The notes under the pieces are model-generated. The model had not been told where the DNA came from. It did no database searches and saw nothing but the letters and a program-made list of their open reading frames with translations. Position numbers and translations under genes: made by a program. From assembly GCA_023251075.1 (NCBI GenBank), contig JAHEZM010000011.1, positions 23,663 through 87,662 on the forward strand: a stretch of DNA of 64,000 nucleotides. Reading direction: 5' to 3'. Shown piece by piece: positions 1 to 11,313 of the stretch. How positions within the stretch are numbered: the stretch's first letter is position 1; every line of letters starts with the position of its first letter. The DNA is from Flavobacteriales bacterium (GTDB taxonomy: Bacteria > Bacteroidota > Bacteroidia > Flavobacteriales_C > GCA-002722245).

Positions 1-108
1 GGAGAAAAATTATTAATTAGCCCTTTAAAAAGAACTCCCGAAGGACTTCAAGAATATTGGATTCAATGGAAAAATAAAGAAGTGCAAAAAAACTGTTTTG
101 CGAAATAA
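1..108 (+). CDS. 3' end of a hypothetical protein (partial, truncated by window edge)
   Basis: Frame 1 is open from base 1 (GEKLLISPLKRTPEGLQEYWIQWKNKEVQKNCFAK) to TAA at 106-108; converges on the next gene. Confidence 0.55.
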   Translation, partial: GEKLLISPLKRTPEGLQEYWIQWKNKEVQKNCFAK

Positions 109-146
109 ATGGAAGAAATCGCTTAGCGAAAAGAAAATAAATTTTC

Positions 147-887
147 TTATTTCAACTCTATTTCATAACAAGACTGCGATAATATTTCTACATCATTTTT
201 ATATACTGTAAGATCACCAACATTAGGTCCAACTGCACTATCTCCAACATTGTATTTATATATTCCCGAAATAAAATTGAAATCACGATAACCACCTGAA
301 CCACTGTAATCGTGTGTTCCGAATAGTATTAGATCAGGTTTATCGCTTAACTTTTTTCCTTTTGACCAACTAGCATATCTATATCCTTTTTTTGTTTGAT
401 CGATTCTAATGGTATAGCTTTCACTACTCCATAAAAGAACGGGGTTCTCAAATTCACGCAAACTTGGGTGCACTGACTGACGATCATGAAGCAATATTTT
501 TTTTGCCTTTTTAGTCGCTTTTTCAGTAAAATAGCAACCACCTTTAAACCAACCATCTTCATCTAACCAAATTTGTTCACTTTGTAACGAAATTCCTCGC
601 CATCCAAAATGACTCCAATCCTCCTTTGGATTGGAAGCAACAATGGCCCTCACATTATTTTGGTCGAAAAGTTCATTGAAACGCAAAACAAATTCTGCTG
701 AATCTTTAATAGAAGAGAGAGGATAGGGTCGTTCCAAAGGATATCTTGTTTTGGAAGCTAAAGCATGAGTATCATTTTTAACCAATAACGCTATGAAATT
801 AGTTACATATGCTGAATCTTTAGAATCTAGCTGAGCGAAAACATTACTTAAAGATAATGTGAGAAGTAATACAATTATATTTTTCAT
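147..887 (-). CDS. Secreted hypothetical protein
   Basis: 246-aa ORF with Sec signal peptide (MKNIIVLLLTLSLSNVFA-Q); no recognised family. Confidence 0.75.
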   Translation of the reverse strand: MKNIIVLLLTLSLSNVFAQLDSKDSAYVTNFIALLVKNDTHALASKTRYPLERPYPLSSIKDSAEFVLRFNELFDQNNVRAIVASNPKEDWSHFGWRGISLQSEQIWLDEDGWFKGGCYFTEKATKKAKKILLHDRQSVHPSLREFENPVLLWSSESYTIRIDQTKKGYRYASWSKGKKLSDKPDLILFGTHDYSGSGGYRDFNFISGIYKYNVGDSAVGPNVGDLTVYKNDVEILSQSCYEIELK

Positions 888-1222
888 AGTTTAAGAGTTT
901 ATATTCTTTTATTATTCATTCCAAAAATTTATTTACCCGACCTGCATTCATACCCAATTAATGGTCGTTTTCAGTAAAACTTATTTCTGAATAAATTTAG
1001 CAAACTAACCTTTAGATATGGTGGCAAAATTATTATTCGTTGATTCTTACCTATTATTTGATAGAGGTTAACGGCTAATTAATCACTTTCTCGAAACAGT
1101 GGAGATAAGTGAATAAATATCACTTCATTATTTTTTTCATTTATTGTTTGAGTAAAACAACTTTCTCCTGTAACATATGCATTGCAAGGTGATCAAATGG
1201 CAATAACTATAAAACCAATTTT

Positions 1223-1681
1223 ATGAAAAATTCAATCTTATCATTACTATTAGGAATCACCGTATTACTTTCTTCGTGTTACACGGAAAAAAGCGCTACC
1301 AAAGATTTAAATGACACCACGTGGAAATGCACCAAAATGACTTTCACCGGAAATGACAATAAAAATTATGATGCTGAAGCTGCTGCGATGCTGAAGCAAG
1401 TCAGTTTAATTCTCCATTTTATTAAAGGAGGAACGGGATCTTCAAAAATGACTGACCTAAACTCTAATAATGTTGAGGAGGATCCATTTACCTGGAGTGT
1501 AAGTAAAGATGGTAAACAAGTTACTGTGGTAGATAATGCCGATAAAACTTCTAGTGCGCTGGATATTCATGAAGAAAAACGAGACATTAAAAATTTAACG
1601 CATACGGAAAAAGATATGATAATTAACGTTAATAATGTAGACGTTCACGGTACAGCAATTCTTACATACGAAAAACAATAA
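1223..1681 (+). CDS. Lipoprotein, lipocalin-like domain
   Basis: Lipobox LLSSC; 'DLNDTTWK' start and 'FTWSVSKDGK' resemble Bacteroidota lipocalin-like lipoproteins. Confidence 0.7.
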   Translation: MKNSILSLLLGITVLLSSCYTEKSATKDLNDTTWKCTKMTFTGNDNKNYDAEAAAMLKQVSLILHFIKGGTGSSKMTDLNSNNVEEDPFTWSVSKDGKQVTVVDNADKTSSALDIHEEKRDIKNLTHTEKDMIINVNNVDVHGTAILTYEKQ

Positions 1682-1693
1682 AAAATAATTTTC

Positions 1694-1731
1694 AAACAAA
1701 AGGTGGAATAATTCCACCTTTTGTTTTTTTT
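1694..1731. terminator. Bidirectional intrinsic terminator
   Basis: aaacaaaaggtggaat/attccaccttttgttt inverted repeat with T tail, between convergent genes. Confidence 0.8.
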
Positions 1732-1745
1732 AGTTAAATCAAACT

Positions 1746-2339
1746 CTACAATCCCAACGCTTCTTTTATCAATTTCAAACTAGAAGTAGTATAAGAAATT
1801 TTTAAGGCTTCCTGATGCGCATTTTCCGACATTTTATTCCAGGTTTTTACAATAATATTTTTAAGCTTTTCTGTATCAGAGATGTGTTTCTGCACAAAGG
1901 GTTCTAAATAATATTCTAAAAACACCAAACAAACAGCATCCTCCAACACTTGAGTTTCCATATCTTTTTTGAGCGCTTTTTTTTCTATTAAAAAAGAAAC
2001 GCGGTTGATGAACTCGTTATCGTAGCCTGCTTTTTCTAAAATGGTTGCGGTAGTTTTCGCATGAAATTTTTTTAATTTTTCGCGCCATTGTAAATACCCA
2101 ACTCTATTCATGGGAAAAGATTCTCTCGGCACTTTCCAACGACAAATGTGTTGTGCTTTAGCAGCAATGATCAAAGCTTCAGAAGCAATGGCGTAAAATT
2201 TCAGAAGCCTATCATACAATCTATTGGAATACAATAATTCTTTAGGATAAGTCGTCCCTTGAAAAATTTCATGATTGGGATCTTTAGAATTCTCTTCGTC
2301 TATCCCTATAAGAGCTAAGTGAAATGGACTTGTTGTCAT
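1746..2339 (-). CDS. DUF4202 family protein
   Basis: Motifs YPKELLYS, AQHICRW.VPR..FPM.R.GYLQWR and LEDAVCLVFLE are typical of DUF4202. Confidence 0.8.
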   Translation of the reverse strand: MTTSPFHLALIGIDEENSKDPNHEIFQGTTYPKELLYSNRLYDRLLKFYAIASEALIIAAKAQHICRWKVPRESFPMNRVGYLQWREKLKKFHAKTTATILEKAGYDNEFINRVSFLIEKKALKKDMETQVLEDAVCLVFLEYYLEPFVQKHISDTEKLKNIIVKTWNKMSENAHQEALKISYTTSSLKLIKEALGL

Positions 2340-2528
2340 TTGAAAAGATTAAATGGGTAAGGGATAAATATAATAAAAATGAAATTCAGAAGTATTGATG
2401 CCCCGCATAGTTTTATCCATTAAAAGAAAAAACAATTATATGATTTGACTAATGCCAATTAACATTCTTTAAACTGCTGCCTAAAAATATATTTAATAGA
2501 TTCACCACCTAATTTTAAATTCAGGAAA

Positions 2529-3104
2529 ATGAAAATATTAAGCAAAATAATTAGCATTCTTTTATTGTTCACTTTAGTCAATAATGAAAGTAAAGCGCAA
2601 AGCAATAACAGAGAAATAGGTTTAAGATTTACAGCATTGAATTCCGCTAAAATAGTTTACAAAATAGGCATTACAGAAAACAAATACCGACGATTTACTT
2701 TTGGTGCTTTCAATGGAGCCTTATATCCACTGAGCAGTAATATAATGAATTCCTCTTTTGTGGGTTCTATGTCTTTTGGAATAGAAAAAAGAATAAGCAT
2801 TGCTGAGAAATTGAAATTTATTCATGGATTTGAACCGAATGTGATTTTAGGATACAATATAAATAACGGAAAATTCTCTCCCCAAGGAGGTCTCTCACTA
2901 GGTTATATCATAGGATTTCAATACGATTTTTCTGATTCATTTTATATGAATCTTGAAGTAGTTCCCAGCATAGGTGCAATAGCGTACAAGTCTTACTACA
3001 ACAACAACTATTCGTTTAATGCCAATGTAAGCAGCAGTCCGTTTGCCGTTAGTGCTGTTTACAAATTCAAGAAAAAAGATAAAGAAGCTAAGGAGAAAAT
3101 TTAA
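2529..3104 (+). CDS. Putative small outer-membrane beta-barrel protein
   Basis: Signal peptide, alternating amphipathic strands, near-terminal AVYKF. Confidence 0.65.
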   Translation: MKILSKIISILLLFTLVNNESKAQSNNREIGLRFTALNSAKIVYKIGITENKYRRFTFGAFNGALYPLSSNIMNSSFVGSMSFGIEKRISIAEKLKFIHGFEPNVILGYNINNGKFSPQGGLSLGYIIGFQYDFSDSFYMNLEVVPSIGAIAYKSYYNNNYSFNANVSSSPFAVSAVYKFKKKDKEAKEKI

Positions 3105-4123
3105 TACTCCTTCACTGCATCAATAAAACATCTCACTGCATCAGGGTTAGTATCGGGGTATAATCCGTGACCTAAGTTTGCAATATGACGAGAACCTTTA
3201 AATTGATCGAGCATTTGATGCGTTTGCTTTTTAATTTCAGCAAAAGTTCCATACAAAGCACAGGGATCTAAATTACCTTGCAATGTTTTGTTGGCACCAA
3301 TCAATTTACGCGATTCGGCAATGTCCATGTTCCAGTCTAAACCTATTGTATTGCAATTCAATTTACCCATTTCTTCGCGGGCAAAGAAAGCACCTTTTGC
3401 GAAAACAGTAACAGGAACTTCAGTAATAGCATCACAAATTTTAGAGATATACTTTAAAGAATATTCGCGGTATTGCGCTGGAGATAAAATTCCGGCCCAG
3501 CTATCAAAAATCTGCACCATATCTGCTCCGGCAGCAATTTGAGCTTTCAAATACAAGATGGTGGATTGCGTAATTTTTTCTAATAAGTTGTGCGACAAAA
3601 CAGCATCGGTGTACAACATTTTTTTTGCCTTCGAAAAAGTTTTGCTTCCACTGCCTTCAATCATATAAGAGAAGATAGTCCACGGCGCACCGGCAAATCC
3701 AATCACCGGCACTCTTCCATTCAATTCTTTTTTAGTGATTTTTATGGCATCAATAGTATAGGCTAATTTCTCGTAAGGATTGGGAATGATTAGCGCATCA
3801 ATATCTTTTTGGGTTTGAATGGTTTTTTCGAACCACGGACCTTTCTTCTCTAACATTTGGTATTCGAGTCCCATTGCTTCCGGAATCACCAAAATATCGG
3901 AGAAAATGATGGCTGCATCTACACCCAATAAATCAACAGGCTGAATGGTAACTTCGGCAGCACGTTCTGGTGTTTCAACCAATTCTTTAAAGCCCGATAG
4001 TTTCTCACGAACATCGCGATATTCCTTAAGAATACGACCTGCTTGTCGCATTAACCATACAGGAGTTCTATCTACAGCTTCGCCCTTTGCGGCTCTAAGT
4101 ATTAAATCATTTTGAAGTGTCAT
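3101..4123 (-). CDS. hemE: Uroporphyrinogen decarboxylase
   Basis: [27 protein letters not shown] and NLGHG motifs. Confidence 0.97.
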   Translation of the reverse strand: MTLQNDLILRAAKGEAVDRTPVWLMRQAGRILKEYRDVREKLSGFKELVETPERAAEVTIQPVDLLGVDAAIIFSDILVIPEAMGLEYQMLEKKGPWFEKTIQTQKDIDALIIPNPYEKLAYTIDAIKITKKELNGRVPVIGFAGAPWTIFSYMIEGSGSKTFSKAKKMLYTDAVLSHNLLEKITQSTILYLKAQIAAGADMVQIFDSWAGILSPAQYREYSLKYISKICDAITEVPVTVFAKGAFFAREEMGKLNCNTIGLDWNMDIAESRKLIGANKTLQGNLDPCALYGTFAEIKKQTHQMLDQFKGSRHIANLGHGLYPDTNPDAVRCFIDAVKEY

Positions 4124-4188
4124 GCATTTGAATTTAGCACGGCAAAAATGAAGAAATTAATTGAGGTCTTCGTCAGGATTGAGTAAAA

Positions 4189-4632
4189 TCACATTCTATC
4201 AAAGTAGATAGTAGCTTTTACATCGCAGGTATCGGTGTAACGGTACGACCAAACCATTTTGTTGTCTTCCATCTTGTCGATGGTTAATGATAAGGTGGTA
4301 TCAGAAGAAGAAGAACTTAAAATCAAGTTCTGGCAATCGCCAAATTTCCATTTGTTAAGCGGACTATCACTTTCCTGGATTCTCAAGCTCAGAGTTCCAT
4401 TTTTATTCACCACCATATAATCTTGTAATAAGATAGTTTGAGTGAAGGGTTTACCAGGACAGTTATGAGTAAGTTCAATGTACTGAACATTCCAATTTTC
4501 GAGAATAGTGCAATTGTTATACTCAACACAAGCGGAATTTTTATTGATTTTTTCACAAGGATCAACCTCGCCACATGCTGAAAGCACTGCTACTATTATT
4601 AATGACGAAAAGCTGTAATGTAAAAACCTCAT
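4189..4632 (-). CDS. Cys-rich lipoprotein, hypothetical
   Basis: Lipobox LSAC followed by DPC motif; several Cys residues. Confidence 0.65.
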   Translation of the reverse strand: MRFLHYSFSSLIIVAVLSACGEVDPCEKINKNSACVEYNNCTILENWNVQYIELTHNCPGKPFTQTILLQDYMVVNKNGTLSLRIQESDSPLNKWKFGDCQNLILSSSSSDTTLSLTIDKMEDNKMVWSYRYTDTCDVKATIYFDRM

Positions 4633-4734
4633 TAGTCCTGTTTAATGCGCCATGAAAATAGAAAAAAAAACGAAAGCTCGCCACATTAACTAAACTTAAT
4701 TAAAAAAAAACGATCTGTTAAACCCCCAAACATC

Positions 4735-5385
4735 TTATTTAGCCTGCACTATAACGCTATGAAAGCGCAGTTCCTCCCCTGTTACTTTTTTGGCCAGCGG
4801 ATCAGAATATACGGTATAATGCACATCTGAAAAGCCCCCTTTTCTAAGTAATTCCTCCAGTTCCAGCATAGAACGCAAAATGAAGTTATGTTGAGTAACC
4901 GAATGCAGTTGTTCCATATCTTCTTTGGTTCTCATACCAATGAACAACTCTCCACCCTCTTTAATTACTCGTCGCAATTCGCTCAAAACCTGTTCGGGTT
5001 TATCCCAAAAATAAACGGTGTTGATGGTAAAAACCTTATCGAAACTATTATCAGCGAAAGGCATTTTATGAATATCACCCAAAAACAACTGAGCTCCTTT
5101 TTTGATTTCATCGGCACATTTTACAGTAGCTTCTTTCACCATATCAGAAGAATAATCTAAACCGCTGTATTGGCATTGAGTCATTATTTCTTTGGAAGTA
5201 ACACCATTACCAAATCCTATCTCCAAAACATGATCGCTGATTTTTAAATTCAAATGCCTAATCATTTTGTGATAGGAATTGGCATTTCCTTTATTCATGA
5301 ATTCACCTATTTTTATTCCTTGCTCACCTTCTGGTTTACGCAAATTTTTGGCTAATTCTTTTGGATCGGAATTTTGTTGCGACAT
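4735..5385 (-). CDS. Class I SAM-dependent methyltransferase
   Basis: VLEIGFGNG motif I, GLDYS, MPFADNSFDKV, YFW. Confidence 0.9.
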   Translation of the reverse strand: MSQQNSDPKELAKNLRKPEGEQGIKIGEFMNKGNANSYHKMIRHLNLKISDHVLEIGFGNGVTSKEIMTQCQYSGLDYSSDMVKEATVKCADEIKKGAQLFLGDIHKMPFADNSFDKVFTINTVYFWDKPEQVLSELRRVIKEGGELFIGMRTKEDMEQLHSVTQHNFILRSMLELEELLRKGGFSDVHYTVYSDPLAKKVTGEELRFHSVIVQAK

Positions 5386-5396
5386 AAAATTATAAT

Positions 5397-6212
5397 TTAA
5401 GCATCGTACTCATCTGGCTGGCGTACAACTTTGATATCTCTCAGTTTTTTTATTTTATTAACTACATGCTCATGACTGAATACATTAGGTTCAGCACTTA
5501 AAACACTTACTCGTGTTTGATCAGTAAAAACAAGCATTACATAGCTTTCCCCACTTCCTCTTGCTGGCAAAACATTCACTATATTAAGCGATTCAATATC
5601 GGCTAAATTAGCTACAATAGAATTTTCCCCGCTTTCAAAACCAATTAAAAAATTTAAAGAATCAATCCATATCATTGTTGTATTCATCCTTCCTGTAGAA
5701 TAGATTCCGGGAAAACTGAAAAGTTGAGGCCATTCTGTTGCGAACAAATTAACAAGACTGCTCTTGGAAATAATACAAAATTCATCTTTCATAGTAGATA
5801 AATCGACTTTCTTGCTATTAAGAAAATGTTGTTTGTTCAATATCTTTTGATAAAGTAAAGTTGACGTTTCAATTTTTGATTTTATAGCCAATTGCTTATA
5901 ATCTATCTCAACCAAATCGGAAAGCAAAGCACTTTTCAAAACACTTAAAGTGGTGGTTGAAGCATCCCAATTACTCTCTGCACAATATTCTATAAAAAAC
6001 CCATTAACCACCGAATAAAAAGTAAAGAAAATATGCTCCTGTGCTGAAGACATATAGGGATCACGCAACATCATTACTGCTCCATCTTCATTAAACACAT
6101 AATATGGATGTTGAAATTCTTCGTTGATATAACCCGCAAACTCTCCTTCGAATTGTTTTTGCAATTCTCCTTTAATCAAATAATTATTGGTGTCGATTTT
6201 CCAAGCTTGCAT
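5397..6212 (-). CDS. Hypothetical protein
   Basis: 271-aa ORF co-oriented and tightly packed with neighbours; no recognised motif. Confidence 0.7.
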   Translation of the reverse strand: MQAWKIDTNNYLIKGELQKQFEGEFAGYINEEFQHPYYVFNEDGAVMMLRDPYMSSAQEHIFFTFYSVVNGFFIEYCAESNWDASTTTLSVLKSALLSDLVEIDYKQLAIKSKIETSTLLYQKILNKQHFLNSKKVDLSTMKDEFCIISKSSLVNLFATEWPQLFSFPGIYSTGRMNTTMIWIDSLNFLIGFESGENSIVANLADIESLNIVNVLPARGSGESYVMLVFTDQTRVSVLSAEPNVFSHEHVVNKIKKLRDIKVVRQPDEYDA

Positions 6213-6269
6213 ATTATTTCTTTTTTTTAACTAATTCACTTTTGCAGGAATTTAGTTTCCATAATTTAT

Positions 6270-7130
6270 TTAGAACCGTTTTAAAATACTTTCCACGCTC
6301 TGCCAATAACCTTGTCCAATTAAATTAGCATGAACCAACAAAGGGTATAAATTACAAATATCTATGCGTTCTTCCCACCCTTTTTGTAAAGGAAAATGTT
6401 CATTATAACTTTGGTAAAAATCTTCATTGCATCTGCCGAACATAGTGGTCATTGCAATATCCATTTCACGATGACCGTAATACACCGCGGGATCAATCAA
6501 CACCGGCTCACTTACTGAACTCGCCATGTAATTACCATTCCACAAATCACCATGCAATAACGAAGGAGCTTCAACAGGAAAAATATTATCGATTTGTTTG
6601 TACAACGATTCGAATTTTTTGCAGATGACTGAAGGATAACCCTTTTTATTTATTGCCATTTGCAACATAGGTTCAAGTCGATAGGAAATAAAAAATTCCG
6701 ACCAGCTATTTTTCCATGTATTAATTTGCGGTAAAGAACCAATGTAATTATCCTCATCCCACCCGAATTGAGAAACACTTTCTTTGTGCAAAGCAGCTAC
6801 TGAAGAACCTAATTTTTGCCAAAAAAAAGCTGGTCTTCTTCCATAATCTATCCAATTTAACAGCAAAAAAGAATGCTCCTCTGTTTTGTCTTGGTAAATT
6901 ACATCAGGAATCTGAACAACATTTTTACTTCTCAAAAAATTCAAGGCTTTCACTTCTTTTTCAAACATTTGAGGATAACGTGAAGCTGAATTCATTTTCA
7001 AAAAAAACCTACCTCCAGTGGTATCCAAACATAAAGTATGATTAACCGATCCGCCACCTGCAGGAACATATGCATTTATTTTTACCGATAAATGATTTTC
7101 TATTTTATGCAGTATACTTTGATGAATCAT
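6270..7130 (-). CDS. Fructosamine/ketosamine-3-kinase family protein
   Basis: GGG, FFLK, FGW.EDNYIG, PSLLHGDLW.GN and DPAVYYGHREMDIAM motifs. Confidence 0.92.
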   Translation of the reverse strand: MIHQSILHKIENHLSVKINAYVPAGGGSVNHTLCLDTTGGRFFLKMNSASRYPQMFEKEVKALNFLRSKNVVQIPDVIYQDKTEEHSFLLLNWIDYGRRPAFFWQKLGSSVAALHKESVSQFGWDEDNYIGSLPQINTWKNSWSEFFISYRLEPMLQMAINKKGYPSVICKKFESLYKQIDNIFPVEAPSLLHGDLWNGNYMASSVSEPVLIDPAVYYGHREMDIAMTTMFGRCNEDFYQSYNEHFPLQKGWEERIDICNLYPLLVHANLIGQGYWQSVESILKRF

Positions 7131-7142
7131 ATTAGTAACAAA

Positions 7143-7925
7143 TCAATCTCCATAATAATAAACTCCACAGGTGTAATTGTCCATGTTGATTTCAAACGAT
7201 TTTAGCTTCGACCCTAAAAATTCATTTAAAGTCTCTTCAATTTCTTTAACCCTTTTTGTTTCACCGTAGAAAGCGGGCGATTTCCATAGTATCTCTCCTG
7301 TTTCATTGTTTTTAATCACACTCATTAAAGGTACTTTGCTTGCCTCTTCTCCTTCTACATCCCATAATAAATGAATGTTTTTGTGAGGAAGTAATTTTTT
7401 AATTAATTCAGATAAATTATGTTTGTTCACTTTCTGCTCCTGAGCTATCGTCTTACCTTTTTCTATTTCTTTATTTACAAAACCATTCCATACTTTGCTT
7501 TCAGCCTTGGTATGTGATTTCAGAAGCTTTAATCTTTCCTTATCAGAAACAGGAATTTTACTATCCCGCTTTAAAGCCTTGATGACATTGGCAACAGCAT
7601 TTTCTATTTTCTGATTAATGGAAAGTGAGTACAAGTGTATTTCCTGCAAGTTATTTTTGGCAATGGAGCTTGTGCGATGCAAATCTTTTTTAATGAAAGC
7701 TGAAATAAGGCTATTGTTTTCGATGTAATAAATATGAAGATATTCCACTCCTCCATCCTTTACTAATTCGGGTAGGTAATTGTCGAGTAAGCCCCCATAC
7801 TTACTAAACAGATAAAAGGGAATATCACAATCATCACTTAATTCGGGATTAAAATCTTTTGCCAAAGAATATTCTGTTTTACCCTGAACTATAATTTGCC
7901 CCTCATTATTTGTCCATGCTCTCAT
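7143..7925 (-). CDS. Hypothetical protein
   Basis: 260-aa ORF; ATGA overlap with the upstream ORF at 7922-7925. Confidence 0.7.
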   Translation of the reverse strand: MRAWTNNEGQIIVQGKTEYSLAKDFNPELSDDCDIPFYLFSKYGGLLDNYLPELVKDGGVEYLHIYYIENNSLISAFIKKDLHRTSSIAKNNLQEIHLYSLSINQKIENAVANVIKALKRDSKIPVSDKERLKLLKSHTKAESKVWNGFVNKEIEKGKTIAQEQKVNKHNLSELIKKLLPHKNIHLLWDVEGEEASKVPLMSVIKNNETGEILWKSPAFYGETKRVKEIEETLNEFLGSKLKSFEINMDNYTCGVYYYGD

Positions 7926-8362
7926 ATATTTTTCTTTTTTCGAGAAGTTTTTTTCTTTTCAATAATTCGACCTTCAGGGTAATTCAAGGATGTTAGAATG
8001 GGCTGACCATATTTAGTAGAAATTGACATTGATCTTCTTTCTCTTATTTCTTCTCGGCCACTGGGCCAAAGAATTTTTATTTTATCTCCGTTTTCATAAT
8101 ATTCCACGGAAACAGGAAGAGGATAATCTCTTTCTTCTCCTTCGGCATCCAAAGTAATTACCCATGATTCATTTTCATTAATCTTCACTTCCTGCACACC
8201 ACTTTTTGAACTACCGCTACTATCGGAGCTTTCCGAACCTCCAAAAATATAAAGTTCATCGCGGGTTTCATTCACCATCACATGAAAAGAAAAAGAAGTA
8301 TAGCTGTACATGTACGAATCATCATCGTGGGTATCTGTTTCAATTGAATATTTAGAACTCAT
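7922..8362 (-). CDS. Hypothetical protein
   Basis: 146-aa ORF, first gene of the minus-strand run, divergent from pgi. Confidence 0.65.
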   Translation of the reverse strand: MSSKYSIETDTHDDDSYMYSYTSFSFHVMVNETRDELYIFGGSESSDSSGSSKSGVQEVKINENESWVITLDAEGEERDYPLPVSVEYYENGDKIKILWPSGREEIRERRSMSISTKYGQPILTSLNYPEGRIIEKKKTSRKKKNI

Positions 8363-8500
8363 ATTTGATGTATTTTAATTTTGCTAAAAGGATACGAACT
8401 TATCATTCAAAAGTTATAGGGCGTAAAAAACTAAAATAAAAAATGATAATATTGTAAGCGAGGGAGATAATTGCAGGCCATTATTTTTAAAAATACCATT

Positions 8501-10141
8501 ATGACTAAACGTACTGAACTTCCAGCTTGGCAAAAATTACAAAAACACTATGCTGGTGTTAAAGAAAACCATTTACGCGATTATTTCGCTACCGATCCTC
8601 ACCGTTTTGAACGCTTCTCCCTGCAATTCAAAAATATTTTAGTAGATTATTCTAAAAACAGAATTACAGAAGAGACTTTTAATTTATTGATACAATTGGC
8701 ACAAGAATGCGGATTGAAAGAGAGTATCAACGCCATGTTCTCTGGTGAAAAAATAAACAACACCGAAAAAAGAGCGGTGTTGCATACTGCCTTAAGAAAC
8801 AGATCGAATAAACCCGTTTTTGTAGATGGTGAAAACGTAATGCCTGGTATCAATGCCGTATTAGAAAAGATGAAAGGCTTTTGCGAAAAAGTTCGTTCAG
8901 GTGTATGGAAAGGCTACACCGGAAAAGCAGTTACCGATGTTGTAAACATTGGTATTGGCGGATCAGATTTAGGGCCATACATGGTTACCGAAGCCTTAAA
9001 ACCCTACGCACAAAAAGGATTGAATATTCACTTTGTTTCTAACGTGGATGGAACACACATTGCCGAAACATTGAAAAAAATAAATGCAGAAACTACTTTA
9101 TTTATTGTTGCATCTAAAACTTTCACTACTCAGGAAACTCTTACCAATGCTGAAACAGCAAAAAGATGGTTTTTAGAGTCGGCAAAAGATGAAGCAGCAG
9201 TTGCCAAACATTTTGTAGCTCTTTCTACCAACGCAAAAGCAGTAAGTGCTTTTGGTATCGACACCAACAACATGTTTGAGTTTTGGGATTGGGTGGGTGG
9301 AAGATATTCTTTGTGTTCGGCCATTGGATTACCTATTGCGGTGTACATAGGTTTCGATAACTTTGAACTCTTGCTGCAAGGCGCGCACGATATGGATGAA
9401 CATTTCCGTACTGCCGATTTCGAAAAAAATATTCCGGTTATTTTAGCCCTGTTGGGGGTGTGGTACAATAATTTTTTTGGTGCCGATTCTCATGCTATTT
9501 TACCTTATGATCAATACATGCATCGCTTTGCGGCCTATTTCCAACAAGGTGACATGGAGAGCAATGGAAAGGGAGTAACGAAAGATGGAACGAGTGTAGA
9601 TTATTCAACCGGACCTATTATTTGGGGCGAACCAGGCACTAACGGACAGCATGCTTTTTACCAACTCATCCATCAGGGAACTAAATTAATTCCTTGCGAT
9701 TTCTTGGCTCCGGTACAAACACAAAATCCGATTGGCGATCACCACGAAAAATTACTCGCTAACTTCTTCGCACAAACAGAAGCCTTGATGAAAGGAAAAA
9801 CTGCTATTGAAGCACAATCGGAATTAATAGCAGCAAAATTACCCGACGAAGAAATAGAAAAATTAACTCCACATAAAGTATTCAGTGGAAACCGGCCAAC
9901 GAATTCTATCTTCTTTAAAAAATTAACTCCGGCAACTTTAGGAAGTTTATTAGCTATGTACGAACACAAAATTTATGTACAAAGTGTTATTTGGGATGTA
10001 AATGCTTTTGATCAATGGGGCGTGGAATTAGGAAAACAATTGGCCAACAAAATTTTACCCGAATTGAAATCAAAAGATAAAATTACCAGTCATGATAGCA
10101 GTACCAATGGCTTGATTAATTATTACAAGAACAATATTTGA
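8501..10141 (+). CDS. pgi: Glucose-6-phosphate isomerase
   Basis: [52 protein letters not shown] at 8501 preferred over the TTG at 8471. Confidence 0.98.
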   Translation: MTKRTELPAWQKLQKHYAGVKENHLRDYFATDPHRFERFSLQFKNILVDYSKNRITEETFNLLIQLAQECGLKESINAMFSGEKINNTEKRAVLHTALRNRSNKPVFVDGENVMPGINAVLEKMKGFCEKVRSGVWKGYTGKAVTDVVNIGIGGSDLGPYMVTEALKPYAQKGLNIHFVSNVDGTHIAETLKKINAETTLFIVASKTFTTQETLTNAETAKRWFLESAKDEAAVAKHFVALSTNAKAVSAFGIDTNNMFEFWDWVGGRYSLCSAIGLPIAVYIGFDNFELLLQGAHDMDEHFRTADFEKNIPVILALLGVWYNNFFGADSHAILPYDQYMHRFAAYFQQGDMESNGKGVTKDGTSVDYSTGPIIWGEPGTNGQHAFYQLIHQGTKLIPCDFLAPVQTQNPIGDHHEKLLANFFAQTEALMKGKTAIEAQSELIAAKLPDEEIEKLTPHKVFSGNRPTNSIFFKKLTPATLGSLLAMYEHKIYVQSVIWDVNAFDQWGVELGKQLANKILPELKSKDKITSHDSSTNGLINYYKNNI

Positions 10142-10153
10142 TTTCCATTCAAA

Positions 10154-10549
10154 ATGAAGCGCAACATTAAACCACACTATTTGTTCCTGATACTAGTAGC
10201 GATTTTTGTTACACTTTCATTTTTATGCAGCAATGATGCATTAGACATCAATATTCAGGACACTTATTTTGTAGTGGGCTATTATCAAATGCTTCTGCTC
10301 ATCGCATTTTACTTTGCTATTATTTCTGGTATTTATGGGTTGATTGAAAAAAGAAAAACAACATCCATACAATTAGTCAGAATACATTGGGTACTTTCTT
10401 CCATCACTACATTAGTACCTGTATCACTTTTATTCGATAAAAATAACTTCAGCCTCTTCAATTATTTTCTTCCCCATTGCGGAATTTTTCATTTAATTGG
10501 AATATTAACTTTTATTTTCAATATCATTTACACCTTAATTAAAAAATGA
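10154..10549 (+). CDS. Small membrane protein resembling the C-terminal helices of heme-copper oxidase subunit I
   Basis: LDINIQDTYFVVGYYQ resembles the D..LHDTYFVVAHFH motif; about 4 hydrophobic segments. Confidence 0.6.
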   Translation: MKRNIKPHYLFLILVAIFVTLSFLCSNDALDINIQDTYFVVGYYQMLLLIAFYFAIISGIYGLIEKRKTTSIQLVRIHWVLSSITTLVPVSLLFDKNNFSLFNYFLPHCGIFHLIGILTFIFNIIYTLIKK

Positions 10550-11271
10550 CTATCACCACTTTATCCATTATTATTCCCTTGTACAATGAAGAGAAATTCA
10601 TTGTTGCTCTTTTGGATAAAATACAAAGTGTGCAGTTGATAGGTGATGTAAAAAAAGAAGTGATTATTGTGAACGATTGCTCTACAGACAAGAGTAATCA
10701 AATCGTAAAAAAATATATTGCAGAAAACTCTTCGCTGAATATTCAATATCACGTTCACGAAAAAAATCAAGGAAAAGGAGCTGCCTTGCAAACTGGAATT
10801 GGCAAGGCTTCCGGAGAAGTGATAATGATACAAGATGCCGATTTAGAATACGATCCGGAGGAGTACAATGATTTACTAAAACCTATTTTGAACGGATACG
10901 CAGATGTAGTTTATGGTTCGCGATTCATTGGAAGAAATCCACATCGTATTTTATTTTTCTTTCATTCTATTGGAAATAAATTTCTCACTTTTCTTTCCAA
11001 CTTTTTTACAAATTTGAATTTGAGCGACATGGAAACATGTTATAAAATGTTTCGCAGCGATACGCTAAAAAAAATCACATTAAAAGAAAAACGCTTTGGC
11101 TTCGACCCTGAAGCAACCGCAAAAGTGAGTAGAATTCCCAACATTAGAATTTATGAAGTAGGGGTTTCTTACTATGGAAGAACCTACGAAGACGGAAAAA
11201 AAATTGGCTGGAAAGATGGCTTTAGAGTTTTGTATTGCATTTTGAAATACAATATTTTTAGCAGAAAATAA
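10546..11271 (+). CDS. GT2 glycosyltransferase (DPM1/polyprenol-phosphate type)
   Basis: IIIPLYNE, VNDCSTD, NQGKG, QDADLEYDP, VYGSRF, DMETCYK. Confidence 0.92.
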   Translation: MTITTLSIIIPLYNEEKFIVALLDKIQSVQLIGDVKKEVIIVNDCSTDKSNQIVKKYIAENSSLNIQYHVHEKNQGKGAALQTGIGKASGEVIMIQDADLEYDPEEYNDLLKPILNGYADVVYGSRFIGRNPHRILFFFHSIGNKFLTFLSNFFTNLNLSDMETCYKMFRSDTLKKITLKEKRFGFDPEATAKVSRIPNIRIYEVGVSYYGRTYEDGKKIGWKDGFRVLYCILKYNIFSRK

Positions 11272-11313
11272 ATTCCTCCCGCTGACTATGCCACCGGGAG
11301 AACCTTATAATCA

